IMG/VR virus record: IMGVR_UViG_3300036785_000450 | Coordinates: 1-62,593 of that record | Source of the DNA: a virus | Taxonomy: Duplodnaviria; Caudoviricetes | Length of the DNA stretch: 62,593 nucleotides | Reading direction: 5' to 3' (one strand) | In this document: one piece after another, positions 17,439 to 26,637 of the stretch | Layout of the letters: each line of letters starts with the position of its first letter | Position numbering within the stretch: the stretch's first letter is position 1 | Notes under the pieces: generated by a model | The model's input: only the letters and a program-made list of their open reading frames with translations | The model's database searches: none | Told to the model about the DNA's origin: nothing | Position numbers and translations under genes: made by a program

Positions 17439-17839
17439 GAGAACGCCACATCTTGGCGCCACATGGCGGCGGTACGCAACCCTCTGATGAACTGCTGGGT
17501 CAGCAGCGCCCAGCCCAGGTTCATGCCCGGGGCCGACAGGACGTGCTCCAACTGCTCCAGGCGGTCAGCCAGGTAGTTAGCGTGGCCCCACTGGATCCGA
17601 CCGGAGCGCTCGCTATGCACCAGGAGGATGAGCAGCGGGTCATCCGGCGCCCCGTTGGGCCAGTCGCCCGCCATGTCCTCGTCGCTGAAGGCGCCGATGT
17701 CGATCCTGGGCATGAGCGGTCCACCCTGGTTGCGGAAGTCGTAGATCCCATACCCCGCCGCCTCGGACCACATGCAACGCAGGGCGTCGAACTGGGCCTC
17801 GGTGCCGCAGTAGCAGCCATGGTCAACGTCGACGCTCAT
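17435..17839 (-). CDS. Hypothetical protein
   Basis: GGAGCAGGT RBS; DDPLLILLVHS..SG.I motif. Confidence 0.7.
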   Translation of the reverse strand: MSVDVDHGCYCGTEAQFDALRCMWSEAAGYGIYDFRNQGGPLMPRIDIGAFSDEDMAGDWPNGAPDDPLLILLVHSERSGRIQWGHANYLADRLEQLEHVLSAPGMNLGWALLTQQFIRGLRTAAMWRQDVAFS

Positions 17840-18488
17840 ACCTGCTCCAGTCCTCGCCTGGTAGCTGTAGCTGCTCGTAGTGAGGCAGGGGCAGGATGTT
17901 GATCCGTGACCGGGAGGCGGTGGGGCCACTCTGGTTCTGGTAGTGGCTGTTGCGCGAGGGGTGACCGTAGGCCCACTCGCTGGGTCTGGACATGGTCCAG
18001 AACTTCATCTGGGCGACGATCAGCCCCGGCCACAGCTTGACCGGCACCGGGCTCAGGTTACTGATCTCCAGGGTGGCTGTGCCGCTGAAGCCGGGATCGA
18101 AGAAGCCTGCGGTGCTGTGGACCTGGATGCCCAGACGCCCGATGGAGGACTTCCCGGTCAGTTCCCCGGCCAGGTCAGAGGGGAAGGTGAAGGTCTCGAT
18201 GGAGCTACCCAGGATGAACTCGCCCGGCCGCAGCAGGTAGTAGCCAGCGTCGTACCAGGGCTGCTCGTCGTCATCGATGTTCACCAGCCGGGTGTAGTCC
18301 CTGACGTCGAGCGGGTCGATCACCTCCACCAGGGGATCGAAGATACGGAACTGGGAGGCCAGGGCGATCTCATAGCTGCCCGGTTGCAGCCGCTCCTTGC
18401 CCCAAGGATCGATGCCCAGAGCCAGGGCTCCCTTGTGGTTGATGCGACGGTCGAAGATATCCGCACTCTCCAAGAGACCGGCGATCAC
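17823..18488 (-). CDS. dcd: dCTP deaminase
   Basis: LQPGSYE, LRPGEFILGSSIE, GKSSIGRLG, TAGFFDPGFSG..TLEISN, YQNQSGPTASR. Confidence 0.95.
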   Translation of the reverse strand: MIAGLLESADIFDRRINHKGALALGIDPWGKERLQPGSYEIALASQFRIFDPLVEVIDPLDVRDYTRLVNIDDDEQPWYDAGYYLLRPGEFILGSSIETFTFPSDLAGELTGKSSIGRLGIQVHSTAGFFDPGFSGTATLEISNLSPVPVKLWPGLIVAQMKFWTMSRPSEWAYGHPSRNSHYQNQSGPTASRSRINILPLPHYEQLQLPGEDWSRYERRR

Positions 18489-18709
18489 AGTGCGACCCCG
18501 GCCTTGACCGCCACGCTGACGATCTGGTTGGCCGGGATGTACTCCCAGCCATGGGACGTCCTGATGTGGTACACGCCCTGGTTGAGGCCACCGGGCATAC
18601 CTGCCGCCAGGGCCGTGACGCTGGACGGGAGATTGGCAGCCGTGACCGAGAAGCTGATGCCCTGGATGATCCTGCCGTCAGTGGTTCGGAGTGTGACCAG
18701 TGTGCTCAT
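18485..18709 (-). CDS. Hypothetical protein
   Basis: 74 aa, GAAAGG RBS, GTGA coupling. Confidence 0.65.
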   Translation of the reverse strand: MSTLVTLRTTDGRIIQGISFSVTAANLPSSVTALAAGMPGGLNQGVYHIRTSHGWEYIPANQIVSVAVKAGVAL

Positions 18710-18726
18710 TGGTTTTTTCCTTTCGA

Positions 18727-21162
18727 TTAGGCAACCGAATAGTGAGTGGCTATCTCACTGGCACTGAGGGCGCGACTGTATATGGCGACATGGGCGATAT
18801 CCCCGCTGTAATAGCCACCGCCAAAGTAGGTGTGAGCAATCCGCCAGTAACGGCTCCCACCAGTGGATCCACCATTGGTAGCGCTGTTTACCAACCTGCC
18901 GTCCCGATAGAGAGACAAGGTGAGTGAACCATCAAAACTAAACACGGCGTGATGCCAGTTGCCATCGTTGGTATTGATTGTGTCAGTAGCGACCTGGCCT
19001 GTCCCGCCAAAGCTGTAGCCACGCAAAATCTGACCGTTGAGCAGATATAGGGTGGGGGTATAAGTGCCAGAGGGCGCTACCCCAGGGGCAGACGAGTTGT
19101 GCTCGACCATACCTCCTGGCGGTGTAACACTGGTGCGATACAAGCACTCGATTGCCCAGGCTGTGGGCTGGCTGTACGGATTTGATGCCACGATCTCACC
19201 CGTACTCCCGTCAAAGTTGACTGCGCCGGGTTGCCCCCAAGGGTCAGTAACACCGAAAGTAACTCCACCGTAGAACTGACCCAGGTTATTAGCTATTAGC
19301 TCAGAGGCCGCACCCGGATTCGCTGGGTCGTTCAGGGGCCAGTAGAGAACCGGTGAGGAAGCCATTACTGCCGCCCGATAGTTGCTGGGAGAGGGGGTGA
19401 CAGGAACAACGGTCATACCTGCGTTCGCGCTCAGGGACACACCGCTGCCGGGCTGCGCCTCAGCGATCATGGTGGTCACGGCCCCCATGCCTACCGTGGC
19501 GTAGTCAAAGGCCTGGGTGGTGGCGTCGATGTCCAGATCAGCCTGGGTGTCGAGCATCCACACCCCGGGTCTGGGATCATCGGCGTTGACGATCATGGTG
19601 CTGGTCACGCCCATCCAGACAGCAGGGCTCAACTGAGGGGGCAGCACACTCACGCCGACGATGATGTTGTCCCAGTAGGTGGCGCCCAGTTCGCTGGCTA
19701 GCGCGATATACGGGCTGAGTGGCGGGCCGATTGGGATGGAGTAGACGAAGACGCCGTCGACGGTCAGGGTCAGGGTGGTGGCAGACACGCTGACCGCAAT
19801 GGTGTGCCAGGTGTTGGGCGTGGATGCGCTAGGCCCGCCATAGAAACTTGAGAACGCTGCACCCCAGCCGGTGGTCGTGCCGATCCCGTTCTGGCTACCG
19901 CTACGGGTGTCGACCCGGGCGAAGTAGCCGACCCCGGCCGAGTTGCAGCCGAAGTACAGGTCAGCAATGTATCCGGTCGGCACCCAGACATCGGCGCTGT
20001 AGGTGGTCAGGACTCCGACGTTGCGGGTGGCCTGCACGTTGTTCGGCACGTTGTAGCTAGGGGTCGGATTGCCTTGGGCGACAGTCGAAACAAAACCGGA
20101 GCCGGTTGCGGCCCAGGCGCTCGCCGTCAAACCGGTGTCGAAGATGGTGGTTGTCGTGACTGGAGGCGTGACAGGGGGTGGGCGGGGGGTGTAGCTCTCG
20201 GGCACGAAGTTGAGATACCAGGACGTGTCCCAGGTGTCGCCCGCAGCGATGACCGGTGGCGGTCCCTGCCCTGCCACGGTGTAGGTCACCTGGAGACCCA
20301 GGTCGATGAGGGTCGCGCCGTCAGCGGCGAAGGTCTGGTTGTTGGGGACGTTGAAGGTGATCGGGGAGCCAGGAGTGCGGGGAATATCCAGCACGATCTG
20401 CTGCTCACCGTCCAGGGGGCCACCCTGAAGCATCAGCTTGACGTAACCGGAGTCCCCGAACTTGCACAGCGTCTCGCCGGTCATTCCCACTACACCGAAG
20501 AACCACTTGCCGTTTCGGTAGTTTGAGGCCACCTGGGCGGCGGTGAGGGCGAAGTCGTAGACGGCGACCTCGTCAATCACCCCGGCGAAATAACTGGCGC
20601 CGCCCGAGGAGTGAGCCTCCTGACCGACAGTCAATACAGCCGTCGTTGACATCGCCCCGAACTGAGCATCAGTCACGTTTGACGTGACGTCCACCCCGTT
20701 TAGGTAGAGATGGTTGATAGCTGCGCTCTTAGTCCATACGCCGTGATAGGTGGTGTTGGGCACGATGACAGTCGTGCCCGAGTTACAAATATTGGCTACG
20801 TATGAGGCTAAGGCTGCTAACTGGTTGCCATTCAACCGTAAAACCGGCTCGCCGGAGTCGAGACTGATCAAGGCCTGAGCACCGGCCACCGTCGATGCCC
20901 GGAACCAACACTCCAGTGTAAAGGTATTAGGGTCACTCGTAGTAATATGCGGACCCAGGCCGATACCGGTCGTGCCGTCGAAGCTCACCGCCGGATCTGC
21001 GTCGCTGTTCAACAACGAGGGCTGCTGAAGGATGACACCACCACTGTAGGAGCCGTTGCGACCGTGCCCAGACGTGTCGGTCATGACTCCCGGCTGTGAG
21101 TCATCAAGACGGTAGTAGACCAACGGTTGCAAGGACAGCACGCCATCGGAGTACAAACTCAT
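18727..21162 (-). CDS. Virion-associated LamG/concanavalin A-like multidomain protein
   Basis: Two LamG-like domains (YYRLDD...FTLECWF...IDEVAVYDFAL; YWPLND...WHHAVF...HVAIYSRAL) plus a central beta-sandwich; leaderless TACGCT-N7-ATG. Confidence 0.85.
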   Translation of the reverse strand: MSLYSDGVLSLQPLVYYRLDDSQPGVMTDTSGHGRNGSYSGGVILQQPSLLNSDADPAVSFDGTTGIGLGPHITTSDPNTFTLECWFRASTVAGAQALISLDSGEPVLRLNGNQLAALASYVANICNSGTTVIVPNTTYHGVWTKSAAINHLYLNGVDVTSNVTDAQFGAMSTTAVLTVGQEAHSSGGASYFAGVIDEVAVYDFALTAAQVASNYRNGKWFFGVVGMTGETLCKFGDSGYVKLMLQGGPLDGEQQIVLDIPRTPGSPITFNVPNNQTFAADGATLIDLGLQVTYTVAGQGPPPVIAAGDTWDTSWYLNFVPESYTPRPPPVTPPVTTTTIFDTGLTASAWAATGSGFVSTVAQGNPTPSYNVPNNVQATRNVGVLTTYSADVWVPTGYIADLYFGCNSAGVGYFARVDTRSGSQNGIGTTTGWGAAFSSFYGGPSASTPNTWHTIAVSVSATTLTLTVDGVFVYSIPIGPPLSPYIALASELGATYWDNIIVGVSVLPPQLSPAVWMGVTSTMIVNADDPRPGVWMLDTQADLDIDATTQAFDYATVGMGAVTTMIAEAQPGSGVSLSANAGMTVVPVTPSPSNYRAAVMASSPVLYWPLNDPANPGAASELIANNLGQFYGGVTFGVTDPWGQPGAVNFDGSTGEIVASNPYSQPTAWAIECLYRTSVTPPGGMVEHNSSAPGVAPSGTYTPTLYLLNGQILRGYSFGGTGQVATDTINTNDGNWHHAVFSFDGSLTLSLYRDGRLVNSATNGGSTGGSRYWRIAHTYFGGGYYSGDIAHVAIYSRALSASEIATHYSVA

Positions 21163-21280
21163 ACCCGCGAGCGTACCGAGCACCACCCCCACCTCGTGGA
21201 CACCTGACGATCCTCTCCTCCCGGGAGAAAATCGTCACGGCCCCTCCCTCAGTCAGGGTGGCTCTGCCAGGATCGAGCCC

Positions 21281-21607
21281 ATGACTGCCTACGACGACGA
21301 CCAGCCCAAGTACATCGTGTTCAAGCTGGAGGAGTGGAACAGGTGGGAAGCATCCTGGGACTGGAAAGGCGGCAGGCCCACTGAACAGCACCCTGCCCCA
21401 CTAGACGACGCCGTGGTCATCCGGCTCAAGGATCCCTTCGCCGCTACTGCTCTGGACACCTATGCCCACACGATCCTGAACGGTATCGAGAACTGGGGTG
21501 ACTTCTGGCCCGCAAAAGAGTGCGCCCGGATGCTAGAGATCGCTGACTACTTCCACAACCAGGCCATGGAGTCACAGAAGATCAAGGGCAAGCGCCTTCC
21601 CGATTAG
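21281..21607 (+). CDS. Hypothetical phage protein
   Basis: KYIVFK...DAVVIRLKDPFA..AL..YA. Confidence 0.75.
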   Translation: MTAYDDDQPKYIVFKLEEWNRWEASWDWKGGRPTEQHPAPLDDAVVIRLKDPFAATALDTYAHTILNGIENWGDFWPAKECARMLEIADYFHNQAMESQKIKGKRLPD

Positions 21608-21756
21608 TTGCCGAGATCATGTCGACCGACCCGCCGACGCTTGCCGAGCCGACGTAGCTCACGGAACGGTGTACGCCCGGCGTCGCCATTACCGGCGTGC
21701 TTCCAGGGCTTGCATATCTGGCAACCCTTCCAGCGTCGGTTTGCTGTCCTCGCCAT
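21604..21756 (-). CDS. Small basic CxxC protein (50 aa)
   Basis: GGAGGAG RBS; MARTANRRWKGCQICKPWKH...; manually translated. Confidence 0.65.
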   Translation of the reverse strand: MARTANRRWKGCQICKPWKHAGNGDAGRTPFRELRRLGKRRRVGRHDLGN

Positions 21757-21769
21757 TGCGCTCCTCCAG

Positions 21770-21904
21770 TCAGGTCAGCAACCGCACCACCAAGGCGATG
21801 GTGAGGACGACGGCGACAAGGAACAGGGCCAACAAGACCAAAATGACGCAGCCGTCCGATGGTAGGTCATCACCCTCTTCACTGCATGGTTCGTCGGATG
21901 ACAT
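21770..21904 (-). CDS. Small single-pass membrane protein (44 aa)
   Basis: Acidic N-terminus followed by VILVLLALFLVAVVLTIALVV; manually translated. Confidence 0.5.
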   Translation of the reverse strand: MSSDEPCSEEGDDLPSDGCVILVLLALFLVAVVLTIALVVRLLT

Positions 21905-23318
21905 CCTCTGCCTTATCAGGATCGACTCGCCGCAGCGTCTCGGTTCTGGCCTCCCCGAACAGCTTGCTCAGGACACCAGTCTGCGCTCGTCCCTCGACCG
22001 TCACCTTGAGGAAGTCCCGGTTGTCCTGAATGTCCTTGACAGACCGGGTCATGGACATGAACCGGTCCAACTCTGACGACAGGTTGGCGTCAGGGTACCC
22101 ACCTTGTAGCTGCTCAGCCAGGAAGGTGAACTGGAGGCGCTGGCCCTGCATCTCCAGCAGGCTGTACAGGACGCCCAGTAGTTGGTCACGGTTACGGATC
22201 TCCATCGGGATCCGGTACTTGCAAGAGGAGCCCGCCTCGTACAGGGAGCAGACCACGGCTAGGGCGCAGGAGTCACATTTCCGCAGGTCAGCCGTCCCCA
22301 TGTGGGCGACCAGGCTCGTCACGGCAGTGGTGCCGGGACCATCCGGGTTGGCGATGGTGGAAGTTACCGGCCGGTAATCGAAGACCGGCAGTGGCTGGCG
22401 CCCGTCACCGTCTGCGAGCACTTCGGCATGATCGTGACCAACTAACTCCACCGCCGTCGAGCCGTTGTCGGAGACTCGCCCGTTACCTTCGGGAGTTGAT
22501 CCCACTCGCTCAGGAGCCTCCAGATGGGCCTCCATCTGCCGCCAGGCCCAGATGGTGTAGCGAGACACCTCAGTACCAGCATCGGCCAGGATGGCGTCGG
22601 CGTTAAAGCCCATCTGGGTGAAGTGCTGGCGATGCCGGGTGCGGATCTTGTCCTTCTCATCGGCCGGGTAGCGCCGCAGGCGGTTCTGGTCCCAGATGAC
22701 GGTCTCCCCGAATCTCGTTGGCGAGATCCAGGAGGAGCTAAGTAGCGTGGAGTACAAGCCGCCAGGCGCATCATACGGATGGCTGAAGGACAGCCCGTGC
22801 AGGTTGAGTCTTGTGCGTCTGACTAGGGAGGATAGGACGTTCTGAGTCCGTATGGCGACTGGCGGCACACCCAGATTGCTGTAGTGCTCCGCTATCTCCC
22901 TAAGCGCAGGGCCACCCTGGTACTCATGCCAAATGGGCACGAACTTGTCGTCAGCCAGACCAGCCCATACCGCCCGCTGTGTGGATAGCCAGTCCTGACC
23001 CAGGCTCACGGCGTCGTACTCGGTGAAGAAGGTCAGCCGCTCCAGGTTCTGCTGGACGAAGTCCACGTAGTCGGACAGGAACTCCTCGTGCTGGCTGACA
23101 GTCCATCCCTTCTTCTCGGTGCTCGTAGCACCCGACACCAGGAAGATCTTCTGATCATCAGGGAAGTGATCGGCCAGCAGCCACTGCTTTTTCGGTAGCC
23201 GTGGCTTCAGGTGCAGATAGTTGATCGCCACATGGGGGACATGCTCTTGCACCAGCAGCTTGCGCCAGGCAGGCACCTCAGCCCCGGCAAAGTACAACTC
23301 CAACTTGCGTAGGTTCAT
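21879..23318 (-). CDS. Degenerate queuine tRNA-ribosyltransferase (TGT/DpdA)-like TIM barrel fused to a Cys-rich and helical C-terminal domain
   Basis: LYFAG, IFLVSGA, FVPIWH, LHGL, SSSW...RFG; CDSC...C...C; ATGA overlap with whiB defines the start. Confidence 0.6.
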   Translation of the reverse strand: MNLRKLELYFAGAEVPAWRKLLVQEHVPHVAINYLHLKPRLPKKQWLLADHFPDDQKIFLVSGATSTEKKGWTVSQHEEFLSDYVDFVQQNLERLTFFTEYDAVSLGQDWLSTQRAVWAGLADDKFVPIWHEYQGGPALREIAEHYSNLGVPPVAIRTQNVLSSLVRRTRLNLHGLSFSHPYDAPGGLYSTLLSSSWISPTRFGETVIWDQNRLRRYPADEKDKIRTRHRQHFTQMGFNADAILADAGTEVSRYTIWAWRQMEAHLEAPERVGSTPEGNGRVSDNGSTAVELVGHDHAEVLADGDGRQPLPVFDYRPVTSTIANPDGPGTTAVTSLVAHMGTADLRKCDSCALAVVCSLYEAGSSCKYRIPMEIRNRDQLLGVLYSLLEMQGQRLQFTFLAEQLQGGYPDANLSSELDRFMSMTRSVKDIQDNRDFLKVTVEGRAQTGVLSKLFGEARTETLRRVDPDKAEDVIRRTMQ

Positions 23319-23590
23319 CCTGCCCTCTGATCGATCCTGAAGGGAGACTGGGTCAGCGTGTGACGAGTCCCCGTCCACGATAGACGCAGAGGACGCCGCT
23401 CCCGCTCCGAGGTACCGCCCCAGATGCCCCAGCGCTCGTTGGTCGAGATGGCGTACTCCAGACACGTCTGGCGCACCGGACAGTGGGAGCACACCGCCTT
23501 GGCGGCATCGACGTACTCCCCCCGCTCAGGGAAGAACATATCCACGGCCATACCAGCGCAAGCGGCGTCTTTCCGCCACTCATGGTTCAC
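23315..23590 (-). CDS. whiB: WhiB-family transcription factor
   Basis: W...AAC, FFP, AKAVCSHCPVRQTCLEYA, GIWGGTSERER. Confidence 0.95.
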   Translation of the reverse strand: MNHEWRKDAACAGMAVDMFFPERGEYVDAAKAVCSHCPVRQTCLEYAISTNERWGIWGGTSERERRPLRLSWTGTRHTLTQSPFRIDQRAG

Positions 23591-23781
23591 TTGACCATGA
23601 AGGCGAGGAAGCCGAAGGCAAGTCCGACGCAGAGGAGGGTAGCCCAGTAGGGGACAGTCCTCCAGGTGAAGGCCGCTACTGCCGCAAACGCCAAAAAGAT
23701 GACACAGACGATCAGAAAGGCCAGGTTTGCGCCGTCAGGCTTGTTGGCGAGATAGGTCGATGCTGCGGCGAGAACAGTCAC
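23587..23781 (-). CDS. Two-TM membrane protein
   Basis: AAGGAG RBS; two hydrophobic segments. Confidence 0.7.
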   Translation of the reverse strand: MTVLAAASTYLANKPDGANLAFLIVCVIFLAFAAVAAFTWRTVPYWATLLCVGLAFGFLAFMVK

Positions 23782-23802
23782 TTTGGTCTCCTTAGGACTT
23801 CG

Positions 23803-24246
23803 TTACTCATGCCGTTGAGCCTCCACTGACGGGCCGTAGTACCCGTACTCGTTCAAGTCATCTCCGGCGAAGCGGACGTGGTGGGCCGGTACCTGGGCCT
23901 TGATGGTGGGCAGATCCTGGGCCGGATCGGTCGGGTGCTTGGCGTGCTCAGCGGCGTAGCGACCCGACAGCGTGACCCAGTCTCCGGTGTTGATATGCTG
24001 TATACCCCTGGGGGCGGCTCGATAGACAGTCACTGGTCGTTCGGGCTGCCCCCGGACACGGCGCATCTGGCGGATCGACTCCTGGGGGTGCTCAGTGCCG
24101 GTGTAGTACTGCGGGTGCTCGTAAACGTCCAGCCCCTCCATAATGTTGCCCTTCTGGGTCATGTCGTGCAGGGGCGGGCCTTCCGGGTTGGGTTGATGGT
24201 GACCCCGGTACCCGAACTGATCCCCAGAGAGGGCGTCCCGACTCAT
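23803..24246 (-). CDS. ADP-ribosyltransferase-like protein (R-S-E-like) with LxxxQF tag
   Basis: VTVYRA, GDWVTLS..YA..HA, GDDLNEYGY; N-terminus MSRDALSGDQF. Confidence 0.65.
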   Translation of the reverse strand: MSRDALSGDQFGYRGHHQPNPEGPPLHDMTQKGNIMEGLDVYEHPQYYTGTEHPQESIRQMRRVRGQPERPVTVYRAAPRGIQHINTGDWVTLSGRYAAEHAKHPTDPAQDLPTIKAQVPAHHVRFAGDDLNEYGYYGPSVEAQRHE

Positions 24247-24518
24247 TGCTCCACCCGACGAACTACCCGGACTGGATGCTTGGTCCGACGAGATTCCAAT
24301 TCAGGGATGTGCGCCAAGGCAGGATCTGTCTCGTGCTCACCCAAAGGCTCAACCTCGTAGAGGTACCGTCCATAGTTCCCAGAGGTTGGCTCAGTTTGGT
24401 TACCAGCAAAATAGACGTGAGGATCTCTGCGGCCCTGGGGATCGAGTACCTGCCCCGGCTCAAAGACATGGGTTGAGCCGTGGAAGAACTGCTGAGGGCT
24501 CAGCACCTCGTGACTCAT
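24243..24518 (-). CDS. Arr-like ADP-ribosyltransferase with LxxxQF tag
   Basis: FFHGS...PG..L, HVYF, YEVEP.G..E.DP, S.R...P.RVV; N-terminus MSHEVLSPQQF. Confidence 0.75.
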   Translation of the reverse strand: MSHEVLSPQQFFHGSTHVFEPGQVLDPQGRRDPHVYFAGNQTEPTSGNYGRYLYEVEPLGEHETDPALAHIPELESRRTKHPVRVVRRVEQ

Positions 24519-24655
24519 CAGTTCGGCCCCTGCCCCACGTCCTCGTCCTCCTTCTCCGGTATGACGTTCTGGGGATCGGGGGAGTCGATGGACTTCTCTG
24601 CGGGCAGATCGGTCACACCTGCGAACTGCTGACTGGACAGGACTTGGTGACTCAT
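24518..24655 (-). CDS. 45-aa acidic peptide with LxxxQF tag
   Basis: MSHQVLSSQQFAGVTDLPAEKSIDSPDPQNVIPEKEDEDVGQGPN; ATGA and TGATG coupling at its ends; absent from the ORF track. Confidence 0.75.
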   Translation of the reverse strand: MSHQVLSSQQFAGVTDLPAEKSIDSPDPQNVIPEKEDEDVGQGPN

Positions 24656-25053
24656 CGGATCTCTACACCCAGATCTCGTAGGTGACTCTCAGCTTCAGGC
24701 ACCGTGGGCTGACGGCGTTTGGGCAACCGGTCACCAGTGGAGCGAGCCCAAGCCTCACCGGCTTCGGTGCGGTCGGGGGAGTGCCGAGGCGGGCGCACAC
24801 CACGGGTCTCCCCGGCGATCCGGCGAGCCTCACCCAACAGACTGGTGGCGACACCCTGGCGGCGCACCTCGGACAGCACCTCGATGTTGCCGATCTCACC
24901 GGTCTTGTGGTGCCACATGATGCTGCCGATGGACATCGGGGCGCCTCCACCGTAGACCCGAAGCTCGTGATGGGGGCGGCTCTCCATCTCCTTCGGCTTG
25001 GCCTGGCGGAAGGCGTAGGTGAACTGCTGAGGGTTGAGCGCTCGCTGACTCAT
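24652..25053 (-). CDS. GNAT acetyltransferase with LxxxQF tag
   Basis: IEV..EVRRQGVATSLL (acetyl-CoA motif A), HS..RT.AG.AWA; N-terminus MSQRALNPQQF. Confidence 0.8.
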   Translation of the reverse strand: MSQRALNPQQFTYAFRQAKPKEMESRPHHELRVYGGGAPMSIGSIMWHHKTGEIGNIEVLSEVRRQGVATSLLGEARRIAGETRGVRPPRHSPDRTEAGEAWARSTGDRLPKRRQPTVPEAESHLRDLGVEIR

Positions 25054-25403
25054 CAGTCCTCTGGCCTCTCCGGGAAGTCCTCCACGTCGTGCTCTCGTAC
25101 CACCCGCATCGGGTGGAGGCTACGAACAGATCCCTTCCCTCCTAGTGTGGGGTCAGCCTCGATGGGGCCAGTCGGCTCGACCTCATAGATCCGAGGATTG
25201 CCACCGTACTTCCGGGATCCACCACCGGCATACTGAGCGTACGTCCGTGCCCAGCCACGCTGTGAGGTGGCGTAGACATGCTCATGCCGCATGACATGGA
25301 CAGGCTCATGACCGGGTTCCACATGCTCACCGGGCTTGAGGTCGGCTCCCGTGCCATGGAAGTACGGTCCAAACTGCTCGTCGTTGAGAGCCTCATGACT
25401 CAT
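25053..25403 (-). CDS. Arr-like ADP-ribosyltransferase with LxxxQF tag
   Basis: PYFHGT.ADLKPG, HVYAT, PRIYEVEPTGPIEADP, S.RS.HPMRVV; N-terminus MSHEALNDEQF; ATGA overlap. Confidence 0.8.
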   Translation of the reverse strand: MSHEALNDEQFGPYFHGTGADLKPGEHVEPGHEPVHVMRHEHVYATSQRGWARTYAQYAGGGSRKYGGNPRIYEVEPTGPIEADPTLGGKGSVRSLHPMRVVREHDVEDFPERPED

Positions 25404-26401
25404 GAACGCCACTGCTTGCCCAGCAGAGCGCTACCTGGCTGCTCAGTGCTGAAGGCGAAGACGTGCTTCTGCTGACCCCCTGCGGTGGTGTAGCTAGTCC
25501 GAAAAGTCTTCTCCCGGTCGGGATATAGCTCCTCAAAGGCTTTCCCCCGCCGAGGATCAGCCTGCGACCACCCAGGGCCTTCACCCTTGTCGAACTGCTC
25601 ATGCAGTCCCTGCTGACGGCCCTGGGGTGCTGACCCAGATGACCAGCGCTCCTTGATCTTCTCCTCGGTGTGCTCAGGGGCCTTCTTGGCTGCCCAGGCG
25701 ATCAGGGGGTGGACCTTCTCACCCCGCTGCTGAGCGGCCTGCACCATCTCCCGGTGGGTGGACAAGAAGCCCTTGCGCTGGGGCGCCCCGACCGAGATCG
25801 AACCGGCATTCTCGACCTTGTTCTCGTAGAGGTAGCCGGTGGTACGGCCTCCATAGGACTGGCCTCCCCAGGAGCCATATCGGGTAGGACCAAGCTCTCG
25901 GTGCCTGGTGACATCGGGCTGCAAGTTTTCGGGGCCTTCCACCGGACCAGTGATCCGCAGAGGATACATGTGACCAGCCATGCCCTCCTTGAGGCCCCGA
26001 CGCTTGATGTTGGCCCCTACGCGCTGGCGGGCCGCAGCCTCGGTACCGGCGTGGAAGCCTTCACCCCTCCCTACCCCACTACCACCCAGGCGACCCTGAG
26101 GGCCACCCTTGGTCACCCGGCCATGCCACCACGTCCGGGGATCGGCGGCGAACTGGTCCGGTGTCTGCTGGTGGGCCTCCATGGCCGGGATCTTCTCTGG
26201 GTCGAACAGTTGCCCCTGGCTCTGTCCCTGGGGCTTATCTAACAGACCGTGACCGTGATATTGAGCCCATGGCGTGTCAGGATGGCCCTTTGCCCAGGCC
26301 AAGTCAGCGTCTCTCTTGGGCTGCTCATGCCGTACCCTGGCCTCTTCCGGCCCACCCGTAAACCCATGAAACTGGGCGCCGAGGGACTCCTGGGCGCTCA
26401 C
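25400..26401 (-). CDS. ADP-ribosyltransferase-like protein (polyvalent-protein type) with variant QF tag
   Basis: WWHG, GFHAGT..AA..R, MYPLRI, YENKVENAGSIS; N-terminus MSAQESLGAQF; internal QGQLF. Confidence 0.6.
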   Translation of the reverse strand: MSAQESLGAQFHGFTGGPEEARVRHEQPKRDADLAWAKGHPDTPWAQYHGHGLLDKPQGQSQGQLFDPEKIPAMEAHQQTPDQFAADPRTWWHGRVTKGGPQGRLGGSGVGRGEGFHAGTEAAARQRVGANIKRRGLKEGMAGHMYPLRITGPVEGPENLQPDVTRHRELGPTRYGSWGGQSYGGRTTGYLYENKVENAGSISVGAPQRKGFLSTHREMVQAAQQRGEKVHPLIAWAAKKAPEHTEEKIKERWSSGSAPQGRQQGLHEQFDKGEGPGWSQADPRRGKAFEELYPDREKTFRTSYTTAGGQQKHVFAFSTEQPGSALLGKQWRS

Positions 26402-26637
26402 TCCTCACCCTCTCCCATCCCCTCCTCCTCACCACCACCAGGACGGCCCTGACCGAAGGCGGTGCCAGAGGGCATGGCACGAACGGCGGTGAGATCGTGA
26501 GAGAAGGACGGCTTGAAGACGTTGGCGGTCATGTTCTGCACACCCCGCACCCGGGTCGCCAACTCGTCCATGTTGCCCTGCTCCAAGATGCTGCGTTCGG
26601 TGTTGAACTGCTGGTTCGACAACACATTGCTGCTCAT
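26398..26637 (-). CDS. Small protein with LxxxQF tag
   Basis: MSSNVLSNQQF; acidic C-terminus; coupled stop and start codons. Confidence 0.75.
   Translation of the reverse strand: MSSNVLSNQQFNTERSILEQGNMDELATRVRGVQNMTANVFKPSFSHDLTAVRAMPSGTAFGQGRPGGGEEEGMGEGEE

Noticed and set aside
24243-25403. Rifampicin resistance genes (arr)
   Set aside because: The fold motifs match, but the proteins are shorter, tagged and in a phage operon. Resistance cannot be inferred, so no gene symbol was given.
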